A DNA stretch of 64,000 nucleotides from Eledone cirrhosa (GCA_964016885.1 OZ024743.1:163990001-164054000); one strand, 5' to 3'. Shown: positions 12,604 to 25,444, counted from the first letter of the stretch. Numbers and translations are program-made. Notes: generated by a model from the letters alone, not told the origin.

Positions 12604-13840
12604 CAGGGTGCGGATGGTATTTTAGGGCACATGTATTTTTAGTCATTATTTTATTTGACTAATTTTTATTGAACTTCCATTTCAGAAAATAACAATGAAA
12701 ATAACTATGCTTACTAATGAAATGAAGGCTTAGCATGAGGATTTAGAAATTTCTCGTTTTCTGAAAGTTGCAAGATCTTTTGTCCACAAGATTCGGTGTG
12801 AGAAAGAAGATGGAAGCGTATTACCTGTATCAAAACGTAAAAAACATTCCAAACGCTCTGATTCTATCAGGACACCTGAATTTATTCAGGAAGTTAAACA
12901 AAACATTGATGACAATCCAGGAAAATCAATGAGGTCAATTGCAAAACATTTTGCTGTGTTAGAAAAAAACAATCAGAAATGTTGTGCATGAAGACATCAG
13001 ATATAAATCTTACGTGATGAGAAGGGTCAATTCATGTCAGAAAAAAAACAAAAGAAAAGTGTTTAATCAGATCCAAAAGACTTTTAAACAAACTTAAAAA
13101 TCCATCAGAAGATGGTGTGATTTTGTTTTTCTCAGATGAGAAAAACTTTGACCAGGACCACAAAACTAAAAGACGAAATGACAGGCTGCTATGTGCAGAC
13201 CCTGCTGAGGTTCCAAGAGTAATGCACACAAAATTTCCTGCAAGTGTCATGGTTTTGGGTGTTGTTAGCAATGAAGGACATGTGATGTCTCCTCACTTTT
13301 TTCCACAAGGCCTTAGGGTGAATGCTGCTGCATATATTGAGGCTCTGGATAAAGTTGTCAAGCCTTGGATCAACAGTGTATGCAGTGGAAAGCCTTATGT
13401 CTTTCAACAAGATTCTGCACCATCACACAAGGCTCAATTGACACAAGAATGGATGGCTGACAATTTGCATGATCACATCACCCCCAACATTTGGCCTCCT
13501 AATTCTCCAGATCTCAATCCACTGGATTATTATGTATGGAGGATCGTTGAGGAAAATGTCAATGAACACCCCCATAGCACCAAAGATTCTTTGAAAGCCG
13601 CCATAATTCGGGTCATGTCTGATATGAACAAGGACCACTTAATCCGAGCTTGCAAACAATTTCAACCCCGTGTAGAGGCAGTTATTGATGCTTATGGTGG
13701 TTTTATTGAATGAAATTATTAAATTGATAATTTAGTTTTATGTTTATGTTATTTTTATAAGAATACAGTTTTTTTTCTGTTATTATATAAGCGTTTTTTT
13801 TTAAACCATAAATATGTCCTCAAATACCGCCCGCACACTG
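12604..13840 (+). mobile_element. Tc1/mariner superfamily transposon, maT (DD37D) family
   Basis: Imperfect TIRs CAGGGTGCGGATGGTATTTTAGGGCA / CAGTGTGCGGGCGGTATTTGAGGACA; TA on the right flank. Confidence 0.9.
12700..13713 (+). pseudogene. DD37D transposase; N-terminus frameshifted, catalytic domain open (13117-13713)
   Basis: FFSDEK, FQQDSAPSH, WPPNSPDLNPLDY; 37 residues counted between the second and third Asp. Confidence 0.9.
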
Positions 13841-14209
13841 TATGTGTGTGTGTGGAGTCGGCTAGAGTCAGAACATGAGTCTGCTTGCTCGCTCTCTTGT
13901 AATCGTCTGTACTTTTATATGTATGTATGTTTTAGAGGGTAGCTTTCAAACCATTTGCCTTTAATTATTCACTACCAAATACCAATAGCCAGTTGCATGC
14001 AGCTGATATTTTTATGCGTCTTGCCTCCTGACATCTCAACAGATTCTTAACAATTGATCACAAAAGTCATTGATTATATGTATGTCTGATTCGATTTCCT
14101 AATTTTTTCCCAACCTCTTCATGTTGATTATATATAATGTATGTATTTAATATATGTATGAAATATAAATATACACAGACTGACGTCACTTTCTCTCTCT
14201 GTGTATATA

Positions 14210-14245
<36 letters not shown>

Positions 14246-14246
14246 A

Positions 14247-14370
14247 AGTTAGTTCCACAACAAATTAGCAAACCATACTCACCTTTTTCACCACAACCTC
14301 ACATGAGTTGAGAATCTGTTGGGTGAAACGCGTGTCGAGTATGGTTTGTTAATTTGTTGTGGAACTAACT
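14247..14370 (+). repeat. 34-bp inverted repeat enclosing a decayed HHR
   Basis: Arms 14247-14280 and 14337-14370. GAAAC gcgt GTC at 14325-14336; 5' core decayed to CACATGA. Confidence 0.7.
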
Positions 14371-14512
14371 CTATACCGAACTCGTCCTATGGACTGAGTG
14401 CTCTACTTACTACAGATATAACCTCCCGTTTCTTTTTACCACAATATATATATATATTTTGTTTCTGAATTTGTCTAGCAAGATTCTTTATCTGAAAACG
14501 TGTGTTGAAACC

Positions 14513-15340
14513 GATATTGTTATACTAAGAAACACACGCACCAGTTGCTTTCACTTCAATTTATTATAAATTTCCAGTTGGTTCCACAACCAGATGGTTG
14601 TTCATATATTGTCAAAGTTCTTTCGTCACACATTCTGTGACCTCGTCAGTGACTGGGAGTTCATCTCTTTGTTTTGTGCCTCTCCTTTGTTCTGTCATAC
14701 GCCATCTTGTTTTTGTGTGTGTTGTGTGCTTAGTTTGTGTATGCGTTACATCCGGGTGTCTGTGAGTGTTTTTATTTATTTATTTAAATGTTACTAGTTA
14801 GTTGTTTGTTCTATGTGTGTGTGTTTTCATTTTGTCCTTAATTGTAAGTTGTGATGTTGCTATTCCATTCATGTTTTCTATTTAATTTTGGTTGGAGTTC
14901 ATTTATGTTTATTGCCTCTGTGATTTGTCTAAACATTGCGCCTTTTCTGTGTGTAGATTTTATTTTTATTTCTATATTCTCTAATTTGCCCTTATGGTCT
15001 ATTTTAGCATGTTGGTGGAGTACTGATGAGTCTTTTCTATCTTGGAGTTCTCGCCAGTGTTCATTTAATCGTTCTCCTATGCTACGAGCTGCTTCACCTA
15101 TGTACATTATATTCTTATCTTTACATTGTCCCTCAGTACATCTTATGCTATATACTATGTTTCTAGTTTTACAGTTAATATGGAGGCTTAGTTTACAGAT
15201 TATGCATTTCTTATCTATACAGGGAGGTCTTTGAAAAGGGTATGTATTACTAATAAGTGTTTTTATGGAGGTACCTGGTCTTTCCATTATCTTAATATTT
15301 AGTTTATCTAGGGCCCTTCTAAATTTGTAAGCTAGTTCAC

Positions 15341-15345
<5 letters not shown>
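14513..15345 (-). mobile_element. 5'-truncated PLE (GIY-YIG and 3' region)
   Basis: ORF 14838-15287: CIDKKCIIC..NCKTRNIVYSIRC..YIGEAARSIGER..RQITEAININELQPKLNRKHEW. Confidence 0.9.
14611..14653 (-). ncRNA. Minimal type I hammerhead ribozyme
   Basis: gtca-CTGACGA-g gtcaca gaatg tgtgac-GAAAG aa CTT-tgac; stems I and II are perfect. Confidence 0.8.
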
Positions 15346-15426
<81 letters not shown>

Positions 15427-15430
<4 letters not shown>

Positions 15431-15640
15431 AGAGTGAAGAATAACATGGTCAACAGTACAAAAAAGAGTTTTATTTACAGTCTAACAATTGTTTCACTGA
15501 TTAAGTTGTCTAAAAATTGCTGAACACTTGAAGCTGTGCCACTCAATTTTAAATATGTTGTTAGCTTAACCAGATCATCAGAGAAACTGTAAATAAAATC
15601 CTTTTTTGTACTGTTGACTATGTTATTCTTCACTCTTTCA
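15427..15640 (-). ncRNA. Long-stem-II hammerhead (15477-15590) inside a ~55-bp inverted repeat
   Basis: Second copy of 10864-10978: CTGATGA 15581-15575, GAAAC 15495-15491. Arms 15427-15481 and 15586-15640. Confidence 0.8.
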
Positions 15641-15806
15641 ATATTATTACTCCAAGATAAACTTACATAGGAATGCAAGAGAACTCATAAACTCGCCCCC
15701 TACAGAAACCTCTTGTTGAGTCAAACAACGCTGTACGCTAAAACTATCCACAATACGAAGTATTCACAACCTCTAACTGGATTACCTATAACGATATTTT
15801 GTTATC

Positions 15807-15844
<38 letters not shown>

Positions 15845-15895
15845 TAATAAAAACAATGAATAAAAACAAAGAACAAGTTCCTTATATTAAAAAAT

Positions 15896-16025
15896 TCATC
15901 ATTTTACGATCGTTTCTAGGATATATATGTGTTGGTATGTATATCATATAGATCTATGTAAAAATTTTACAAACTATCAGAGGAAATATACATACCTTCA
16001 CATATATATGCTGTCTTCAGAAATA
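15896..16025 (-). ncRNA. Type I hammerhead ribozyme with ~97-nt stem II domain; stem I interrupted by SINEs
   Basis: CTGAAGA 16020-16014; atatatatgtgaaggtatgtatat pairs with atatacataccaacacatatatat; GAAAC gatc GTA 15916-15905, then aaatgatga. Confidence 0.8.
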
Positions 16026-16958
16026 ATTGTCTCTACTTTATGCACAAGGCCAAGCAATTACCCAGTGCATTACTGGTACTTTATTTTATCGACCCCGTAA
16101 GGATGAAAGGCAAAGTCAACCTCGGCGGGATTTGAACTCAGATCGTAAAGGGACGTAACTATGCTGGAAAGCATGGCGTCCGACCCTCTACTTATACTGC
16201 CAATCCATCGCCCTTCAGAAATAATTGTTTCTACTTTAGGCACAAGGCCAGCAATTACTCAGTGCATTACTGGTACTTTATTTTATCGACCCCGTAAGGA
16301 TGAAAGGCAAAGTCAACCTCGGCGGGATTTGAACTCAGATCGTAAAGGGACGTAACTATGCTGGAAAGCATAGCGTCCGACACTCTACCGATACTGCCAG
16401 AAATAATTGTTTCTACTTTAGGCACAAGGCCATCAATTACCCAGTGCATTACTGGTACTTTATTTTATCGACCCCGTAAGGATGAAAGGCAAAGTTAACC
16501 TCGGTGGGATTTGAACTCAGACCGCAAAGGGACGTAACTATGCTGGAAAGCATGGCGTCCGACCCTCTACCGATACTGCCAGAAATAATTGTTTCTACTT
16601 TAGGCACAAGGCCAGCAATTACTCAGTGCATTACTGGTACTTTATTTTATCGACCCCGTAAGGATGAAAGGCAAAGTCAACCTCGGCGGGATTTGAACTC
16701 AGACTGTAAAGGGACGTAACTATGCTAGAAAGCATGGCGTCCAACCCTCTACCGAGAAATAATTGTTTCTACTTTTGGCACAAGGCCAGCAATTATCCAG
16801 TGCATTACTGGTACTTTATTTTATCGACCCCGTAAGGATGAAAGGCAAAGTTAACCTCGGCGGGATTTGAACTCAAACCATAAAGGGGCGTAACTCTTTG
16901 CTGCAAAGCATAGCGTCAGACCCTCTACCGATACTGCCAATCCACCGCGAGAAATAAT
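16019..16958 (-). mobile_element. Five head-to-tail copies of tRNA-derived SINE family A
   Basis: Units start at 16019, 16217, 16399, 16581 and 16755. A box TGGCAGTATCGG, B box GAGTTCAAATCC, central GCCTTTCATCCTTACGGGGTCGATAAAATAAAGTACCA (resembles the SINE Meta domain, from recall). Confidence 0.92.
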
Positions 16959-17665
16959 GATATTTGTTTATTGAAAAAAAAACAACAAAGATTTAATATA
17001 ATAGGTCTGTTTGGGAACAGGTTTTGAATTGACCAATAGAAAAGTAGTAAGAGGTCAAGTTGATAGAATAGTAGTAGTAGAAATTTAATTTAGGGGTAGA
17101 GGAATACAAACTTAAGTTTTGAATGGAAAGAATACTTTGAATGAAAAGAATACTTTGGAGATGAAAAGAGGTCAAACTGGTGTATTTAGATCTATAAAAA
17201 GAAATTAAATTAATTGATAGGTATACTTATAGGGATAAATTTATATTAATTCATATGGATGTGATAAATAAGAATTAGATGTTATTAAAGAATGTTGTTA
17301 AAAACGAAGGAAAATAAAATTTTGGGATAAATGTAGTAGTGAGAAATACCAATCTTATATAGACTTCAAGGAATCTAGATTCATAACAGGAAATTAAATT
17401 AATTTATATGTATATTTTTAGGTATTAATTTTAGGAAAAGAGAGCTGTAAGAGGGAAATAAAATTATGAAGTTCTCTGTAGTAAAGTACTAATTATAGGT
17501 TAACTAAATTAAAAAAAACTAATTATAATAATATGTAAAATATAAGTGTAAGGTGTATATTAATTAGGTTTATAATATTTGAAAGTTCTTCTAATTCTAT
17601 GATTACAAGATATAATTAATTCTTGTCGCTTATTTAATAGGATATCCTTAGATATCATTATTTCA

Positions 17666-17786
17666 TGAGTTCAAATCCCGCCGAGGTTAACTTTGCCTTT
17701 CATCCTTACGGGGTCGATAAAATAAAGTACCAGTAATGCACTGAGTAATTGCTGGCCTTGTGCCAAAAGTAGAAACAATTATTTCA
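17666..17786 (+). mobile_element. SINE family A, 5'-truncated
   Basis: TSD ATTATTTCA at 17657-17665 and 17778-17786. Confidence 0.9.
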
Positions 17787-18036
17787 AAACGTTCCTGGGT
17801 GCATAATCTACACTCATATCTGTTATTTTGATAAGGGGTGGCCCTTTTGGGCACCAGGTCAGTTGTAATCGATATTCTTTTTTCTATAATTATTAATTGT
17901 TTCAGCCAAGGATGTTGTATTAGCTAATGCGGCATTTTTAAAACTGTGTTTGTGGGTATTGAATTTTACTTTAAATTGGTTAGACGTAGCTCCTATATAT
18001 GAATAAGTTGAGTCCTACTATATATATATATATATA

Positions 18037-18308
18037 TCATCATCATCATTTCATTTTACGTCCGCTTTTTCCCTGCTTGCAAGGGTGGGACGGGAACTGA
18101 TGCTGGCCTGATTGCTACAGCTGGATGCCCTTCCTAACACCAACCTCATTTACAGTGAGTGCTGGGTGCTTTTTTGCCGTGGCACCTCCACGACCACTTT
18201 GCAGTGGAATGATAGGGACCCCAGTCCTTATCATCTCATTTCTACAGTTGAGTAAACTGGAGCAATGTGAAATAAAGTGTCTTGCTCAAGGAAACAACAC
18301 ATCACCCG
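18037..18308 (-). mobile_element. SINE family B with RTE-derived tail, 5'-truncated
   Basis: Near-identical to 23337-23659 and 24574-24912; (TGA)n tail abuts (TA)n. Confidence 0.85.
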
Positions 18309-18661
18309 ATCTATATATATACATATATATTGTTATGCTTTATAAATGAGCGGTATCTCAAATTAGTACAATCTAACCACAACTATTATAAACACCATGC
18401 ATATTTCTGTAGGTACTTAGTGCCTGTCGGAATATCCATACCCTTATATATATATATATTACGCTTGCTTGGCCGTATTCTAAAGCTTCGTCAATGCTGT
18501 ACTAAAATTTATATATATATATATATATGCAAAAGTTCTATTTAAATTGTTGGGATACAACAAGCAAATATTTTTATAATTGATATAAAGCACTCAACAA
18601 GTATTTGGAGTAAACATACGATATTAACAAATGGAAACTATATTTATAAAACCATATTTAC

Positions 18662-18720
18662 TTTATTATACATATTTCAAGGACACCACGTTAAATTATG
18701 GTATGCTTTCATCAGACAAA
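18662..18720 (-). ncRNA. Type I hammerhead ribozyme (AUA family) in a non-coding repeat of about 18529-18800
   Basis: tttgt-CTGATGA-aagcataccat..gtggtgtcctt-GAAAT atgt ATA-ataaa; flanks homologous to 25137-25580. Confidence 0.8.
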
Positions 18721-18938
18721 ATACAATATAGATCAGTTTTATAAATAAATATTGACATACCCTTAAAAAATGCAACCATTACTGTTGGGAGCTCCAGTTC
18801 TATATATTACTTTATAATTTTATAAAGGGTTAACTGTCTAATACCTATGCATCTCAATGAAATGAAAGGACAAGATTTATTAATAAAAACTGGGATCATG
18901 TTTATTCTTCTCCCCCTCTTTAATACTCAGAGAAGTAT

Positions 18939-18973
<35 letters not shown>

Positions 18974-20799
18974 ATCCGGACAAATGTCCATCGAGCTTTC
19001 CTATTGAGAAACATAAGCTTATATATAATTTACCTACCCTTTAACCTGTCGAACTTAACTGCATTCACTCACATATACGCACAGATATGCAGACACATAT
19101 ATACACGTGTGTATTTACACAGAGTATCAAATGTATGTGTGTGTATACTGGCACATTCGTGTACACACATTCATATATGGGTATGGAATATAGCCTTTAT
19201 AAAGAATGGGAAATACGGAGGATTTTGTGTTTATGCCTTTTCCATTAGCCATTATTATTAAATGGTGACGATAAGAATAAAAATTGAGATACACTTTTTT
19301 TTTTAAGCAGGGAAAGGCATTCGAAACCGAGCCCACTAGTCTCGTTGTGACGATTACCTAACACACGTGTTCTCTTACTCCGCCTTCGCTCTACCTCCTC
19401 CTTCTCTCTCAGCCTCATCCTCTCTACCTCTGTGCGTGCGGTATGACATGTATAAACAATACCAGTCTTAAGTTTACGAAGACTGGGATCGTGTTTGTTC
19501 TTCTCCCCCTCTTTAAACTTCACATTGGATTACCGCTGATTTACACTGCTATATCTATATTGTAAGTAATTTGCTTTTATGGATAAATATTTATATACAA
19601 ACAGAAACATACAAATAATGAAAGTATTAAAATAATAAACATGAAGAGAGAAAAAATAAGATGGGAGAGTAAATTATTGCTTTGGTTTGCATTTATTTAC
19701 ATAGTTGTTCTTGTTGATGTTTTAGCCACAGGTCAGCCAGCCTTGATCAAGCAGACTTATGCATGATCATAAGTCGTAACTACCGCATATTTTTACTGTG
19801 TGCTGGGGAAACCCCGAACCATTTTATCTCAACGTGCATCCTTTTTTAACGATATGGTTGTAATTTCGCGGGAGATATGACTGCTATTTCTAGCATGTCG
19901 AGTGACTAACTAAATGGCTCTGTCGTTGTATAACTCTAGTTACATAGTGTGCGTAAGCTATAACGGTTTAGTGGTATCTAGATTTAGATTCCCTGTTAGT
20001 GTCAATTCAATTCACTTTACGCCTTCTAAAGTTCTTTGGACAGGCATGAACATCATATATGTCTCTTCTATAAAGTTTTTTTATTATTATTATTTTATAT
20101 CTAGCTATGTATTGCTTAATTAAAATATTACTATCATTATCTTTCCGAAGACACGACTAATCCGTATATAATATATAGTTATTTCACCTTTTCATTCAGC
20201 CCTCTTGTGTAAATATTATTGGGAATGTGACAAGGGGTAGTAGGATACACCCGTTTAACACTTTTTTTGGAAAATTATCCTTCTCAGTAAACAAAATGTG
20301 CGTACGCGTGCAAACACAGGCTTAACGCGCTAACTTCATAAAAAAGCGTTTCAAAAACGAAGAGGTGAGTTTATTGTGAGAAACGGAAACATGCATGAGC
20401 CCTTCTCCTTTCAGTGGGGGAAATGTAAGGGTTTGTTGTAAACTTTAAGTACTTCCTCTTCTCACGAGAAACTGACATGTCCCTTTTTTTTCTTTCTTTT
20501 ACTATTCTTTTGTTTGGTTTTTACTTTATTGACTTTTGCCGGTTCAGAAGACTACTTGTGAATCTTCAATTCTAGTGATTATATTATATTTCTTATTAAG
20601 AGAATATTAAGAGAAAACCGTTTGAAATGTGTAGTTATAAAGTACCAGTAATTCACTGGTATAATTGCTGACCTTATGCCAAAAGTAGAAACAATAGGAA
20701 AGATTGTGTATTTATTTTACATAATTTATTCGGTAAACTGATTTCAGTGGGTAAAAGACCCCCCCCCCCCCCCACACACACACACTTTTTGTTTGCTAT

Positions 20800-21240
20800 C
20801 AAGTAATCTAACCTCCAATATACTCGAAATAGACATTTTTTCCAGGAAAACTGGTGGGATGGGTTTTGTCCCCCTCCCTCCCTCCCCTACCGGAGTTTTC
20901 TCCCCCTCCCCCCCTCCCCTACCGGAGTTTTCTCTTCGATTTCTTTTTCGCGTGTTATCAACAAATATGACTTCCAAAACCAGTTGGAAACGACTAGCTT
21001 TGTTGAAAAAGGAGAGCGAAAAGACCCTCGGAGTTTCGCTAATATGCACCCATCCTAGCGTTTGGTGGGAAATAATTATTTATCGTTTTTTTTTGTTTTT
21101 TTTTTTTTTCTTTTCCGCGTGCTATCACTAATCTGACCCCCAAGATGTTCACAATTGACTTTTTTCCCCGGAAAACAGAAACCATATCTCTAACCGGGGA
21201 AAAAAAGTCGATTGCGAGCATCTTGGAGGTCAGATTAGTA
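20800..21240. repeat. MITE-like element with a ~45-bp module in A..A-A' arrangement
   Basis: 21128-21171 and 21194-21239 are inverted; a third, diverged direct copy lies at 20802-20846; short internal tandem ccccctcccctaccggagttttctc. Confidence 0.6.
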
Positions 21241-21465
21241 CGCGAAAAAAATCTTTCCCCAGTTCTACAAACGTTTAAATTGATTAAATAAATATATCAT
21301 TCTAGTTTCTATTCTTGGTTGAACATTGTACTTACACATACCTAATCGAAACTGGATAGAGAACACAAATATACATACGCCACGCCGACGACTTATATGG
21401 TTAATTTACATAGATGTTTTAAAATTTTATTGGAGGTAATAAATCGCGCCGGTTCTCAGGTGTGT

Positions 21466-21510
<45 letters not shown>

Positions 21511-23034
21511 GTATGTTCTTTGAAGGCTACGACAAAGCAACATGAATAGATTTGGGGATAAATCAATGGCAATGAAGATGCTAGTGTTTTACCTGTTTAC
21601 TTTATCTGTCCTAATATTTCGGGTCTAAAAAACCCTTCTTCGACTATAAGAAGAAACTGGCTCGAGGTTCGTGCTTTTGTTGTTGCTATCGGCTCGCCAT
21701 ATATATGTGTACCAACGTGTCTGTGTTTATATCCTGAAACTTAGCAATTCGACAAAAATGAGATAGATAAAACAACAAACTTTGAAAGAAAAAAAGCAGT
21801 GGGGTCGATATGATCAACTAAATCAAGGCGTTTCCCCGACATCGCCGCAGTTTTATATATACGCCCTACATGTTTATAGGAGCAGATCTGGATATGTTAT
21901 CTGTTACATGTGGACATATATGTGATAGACAATATTGTTATGTGGTGTAAAGGCCTCTTTCTCTCTTACCACACTCAGTGAACACTCCCTCGATTCCATA
22001 GGGTGTACTTTTTATTTGAGACTACTTTCAGTTTCGATGTTCATACTCTTGGAAAATACATCAACGTTCCAACACCGCATGATTCTCATATATACAGAAG
22101 TTTCTCATCACTCTATTTGTGTGTGTGTGAGAGAGAGAGACTTATACATACACATTCACCACATATGCAGCAATATATTATATATATGCTACCTGTTTAT
22201 GTACATTATGAAATGGATATTCATGGTGTGTTTGTATGAATATAAATTTTTGTGTATATCTCACACTCAAATTGCGTGTATAATCAATCCGTGTATTTAT
22301 GCTAATACGACCGCGTGCAACATAGCGTGTGTATAAACAATTTCGTGCCAAGCTGGTAATATTCCTTGGCTAGATGTCTAGATGTGAAATGTAAGCTACC
22401 ACTCAGGTCTGATAGAAAATGTAAACTCTATTTCTAACGGCTCATTGTGTATTTATACTAAATGCGTAAGGTTTGTATGGGTACCCCTTATATACATTTG
22501 GAGAGGGATGGGCTCCATCAGGTTTTAAATACCCACAACCCTACCAGATCGATGTACCTTTATTTTACATGTAGTGTTATATTATATACTACTTACAAGT
22601 AACACTGAAAGAACTAGATTTTGAGGTGAGTAGTATCAACTGCCCCACTTCTGGGCTAGCCTGTGTATAAATGATGTGTACAAACATACCACGTGTCCCC
22701 TTCAATGTTGATTAAATTTTCTGTTTTTCTTTTAAAGTTCCTGAAAAATTCTATAAATAACTTTTTGATCACATTTTCTATCTTGGAATGTCACCCCTTT
22801 TCAATATCAATCTATCTATCTCACACACATTTGGATCCCCAAATCTAAAATATATTTCCTGAAGAGATTTGTGAAATGTGATTGCAATGTCGATTCAATT
22901 CATTAATCCTCAAATTGTTGATAATTATAATTGCATTTCGATAAATCAAAACGGTTGTAGAAATTAGTAAAATGATTTGCACTATAAAATCTTTGGTTTT
23001 TCATCTAAATTTAATATGTATGTATGTATGTATG

Positions 23035-23071
<37 letters not shown>

Positions 23072-23259
23072 CATCATCATCGTTTAACGTCCATTTTTCA
23101 CACTAGCATGGGTCTGGACGGGAATTGTCCCACTTGAGGCAAGATTGGTTGTCTTGCTCAGGACTGTCTGGCGTGTTTTCTACGGCTGGATGCGCTTCCT
23201 AACACCAACCACGTTTACAGTGTGGACTGGGAGGTTTTTACCGTGTTACCTACACCGCC

Positions 23260-23291
<32 letters not shown>

Positions 23292-23336
23292 ATATATGTG
23301 TATGTGTGTGTGTATATATATGTGTGTATATATGTG

Positions 23337-23659
23337 TCATCATCATTTCATCATTTCATTTTACGTTCACTTTTCCCTGCTTGCAAGGGTGGGACTGGAA
23401 CTGATTCTGGCTTGATTTCTACAGCTAGATGCCCTTCCTAACACCAACCTCATTTACAGTGAGTGCTGGGTGCTTTTTTGCCGTGGCACCTCCACGACCA
23501 CTTTGCAGTGGAATGATAGGGACCCAGTCTCTACAGCTGAGTAAACTGGAGCAATGTGAAATAAAATGTCTTGCTCAAGGAAACAACACATCACCCGGTC
23601 CCAGAATTGAACTCACAACCTTTCGATTGCAAGGCCAATGCTCTAACCACTAAGCCATG
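23337..23659 (-). mobile_element. SINE family B (tRNA head, CORE-like body, RTE tail)
   Basis: A box TGGCTTAGTGG, B box GAGTTCAATTC; tail cccttgcaagcagggaaaag..cgtaaaatga(tga)n. Confidence 0.88.
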
Positions 23660-24276
23660 TATGTATATATATATATATGTATGTATGTATATATATATAT
23701 ATGTATGTATGTATATATATATATATGTATGTATATATATATATATGTATGTATATATATATATATATATGTATGTATATATATATATATATGTGTGTGT
23801 ATATATATATATATGTGTGTGTATATATATGTGTGTATATATATGTGTGTATATATGTGTGTATATATGTGTGTATATATGTGTGTATATATGTGTGTAT
23901 ATATATGTGTGTATATATATGTGTATATATGTGTGTATATATATATATCTATATGTGTATGTATATATATATATATGTGTATGTATATATATATATATGT
24001 GTATGTATATATATATATGTGTATGTATATATATATATGTGTATATATATATGTATATGTGTATATATATATGTATATGTGTATATATATATGTATATGT
24101 GTATATATATATGTATGTGTATATATGTTTATATGTATGTGTATATATGTTTATATATATATATATGTATGTATATATGTTTATATGAATATGTATATAT
24201 ATTTATATGAATATATATATATGTATATATATGTAAGTATATATGTTTATATGAATATGTATATATGTTTATATGA

Positions 24277-24315
<39 letters not shown>

Positions 24316-24573
24316 TGTATATATATTTATATGAATATATATGTATATATATGTATGTTTATATGAATATATGTGTATATATGTGTATATATATATATGT
24401 ATGTATATATGTTTATGAATATATGTGTATATATATATATATGAATATATATATATGAATATATATATATGAATATATATATGTGTGAATATATATATAT
24501 ATGTGTATATATATATATGTGTATATATATATATATGAATATATATGTGTATATATATATATGAATATATATA
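23660..24573. repeat. Interrupted (TA)n/(TATG)n microsatellite
   Basis: Direct inspection. Confidence 0.97.
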
Positions 24574-24912
24574 TCATCATCATCATTTCATTTTACGTCC
24601 GCTTTTCCCTGCTTGCAAGGGTGGGACGGGAACTGATTCTGGCATGATTTCTACAGCTGGATGCCCTTCCTAACACCAACCTCATTTACAGTGAGTGCTG
24701 GGTGCTTTTTTGCCGTGGCACCTCCACGACCACTTTGCAGTGGAATGATAGAGACCCCAGTCCCTATCATCTCATTTCTACAGCTGAGTAAACTGGAGCA
24801 ATGTGAAATAAAGTCTCTTGCTCAAGGAAACAACACATCACCCGGTCTGAGAATTGAACTCACAACCTTTCGATTGCAAGGCCAATGCTCTAACCACTAA
24901 GCCATATGCCTC
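24574..24912 (-). mobile_element. SINE family B, full length
   Basis: As 23337-23659. Confidence 0.88.
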
Positions 24913-25019
24913 CATCTGTGTATATATATATATGAATATATATATATGTGTATATATATATATGAATATATATATATGTGTATATGTATATGTGTATATA
25001 TATATATGTGTATATATAT

Positions 25020-25051
<32 letters not shown>

Positions 25052-25078
25052 GTGTATATATATGTATATATGTATATA

Positions 25079-25139
<61 letters not shown>

Positions 25140-25181
25140 GATATTAAACAAATGGAAACTATATTTATAAAACCATATTTA

Positions 25182-25243
25182 TTTCGTTATATATATTTCT
25201 GGGATATCATATTAAAAATATGTTATGCCTTCCTCAGACAAAA
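25182..25243 (-). ncRNA. Type I hammerhead ribozyme (AUA family)
   Basis: Reverse complement of 25383-25444. Confidence 0.8.
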
Positions 25244-25382
25244 TACAATACATAAGCTGTTTTATAAATAATTAGTGACATACCTTTTGAGAATGCAACT
25301 TCCTTTTAAAAAAGTTGTAAAAGGAAGTTGCATTCTCAAAAGGTATGTCACTAATTATTTATAAAACATCTTATGTATTGTA

Positions 25383-25444
25383 TTTTGTCTGAGGAAGGCA
25401 TAACATATTTTTAATATGATATCCCAGAAATATATATAACGAAA
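25383..25444 (+). ncRNA. Type I hammerhead ribozyme (AUA family)
   Basis: ttttgt-CTGAGGA (25389-25395)-aggcataacatatt/aatatgatatccca-GAAAT atat ATA (25427-25438)-acgaaa. Confidence 0.8.

Noticed and set aside
16019-16958. CRISPR array or tRNA gene cluster
   Set aside because: Units are whole SINE copies with A/B boxes, no cloverleaf and no spacers.
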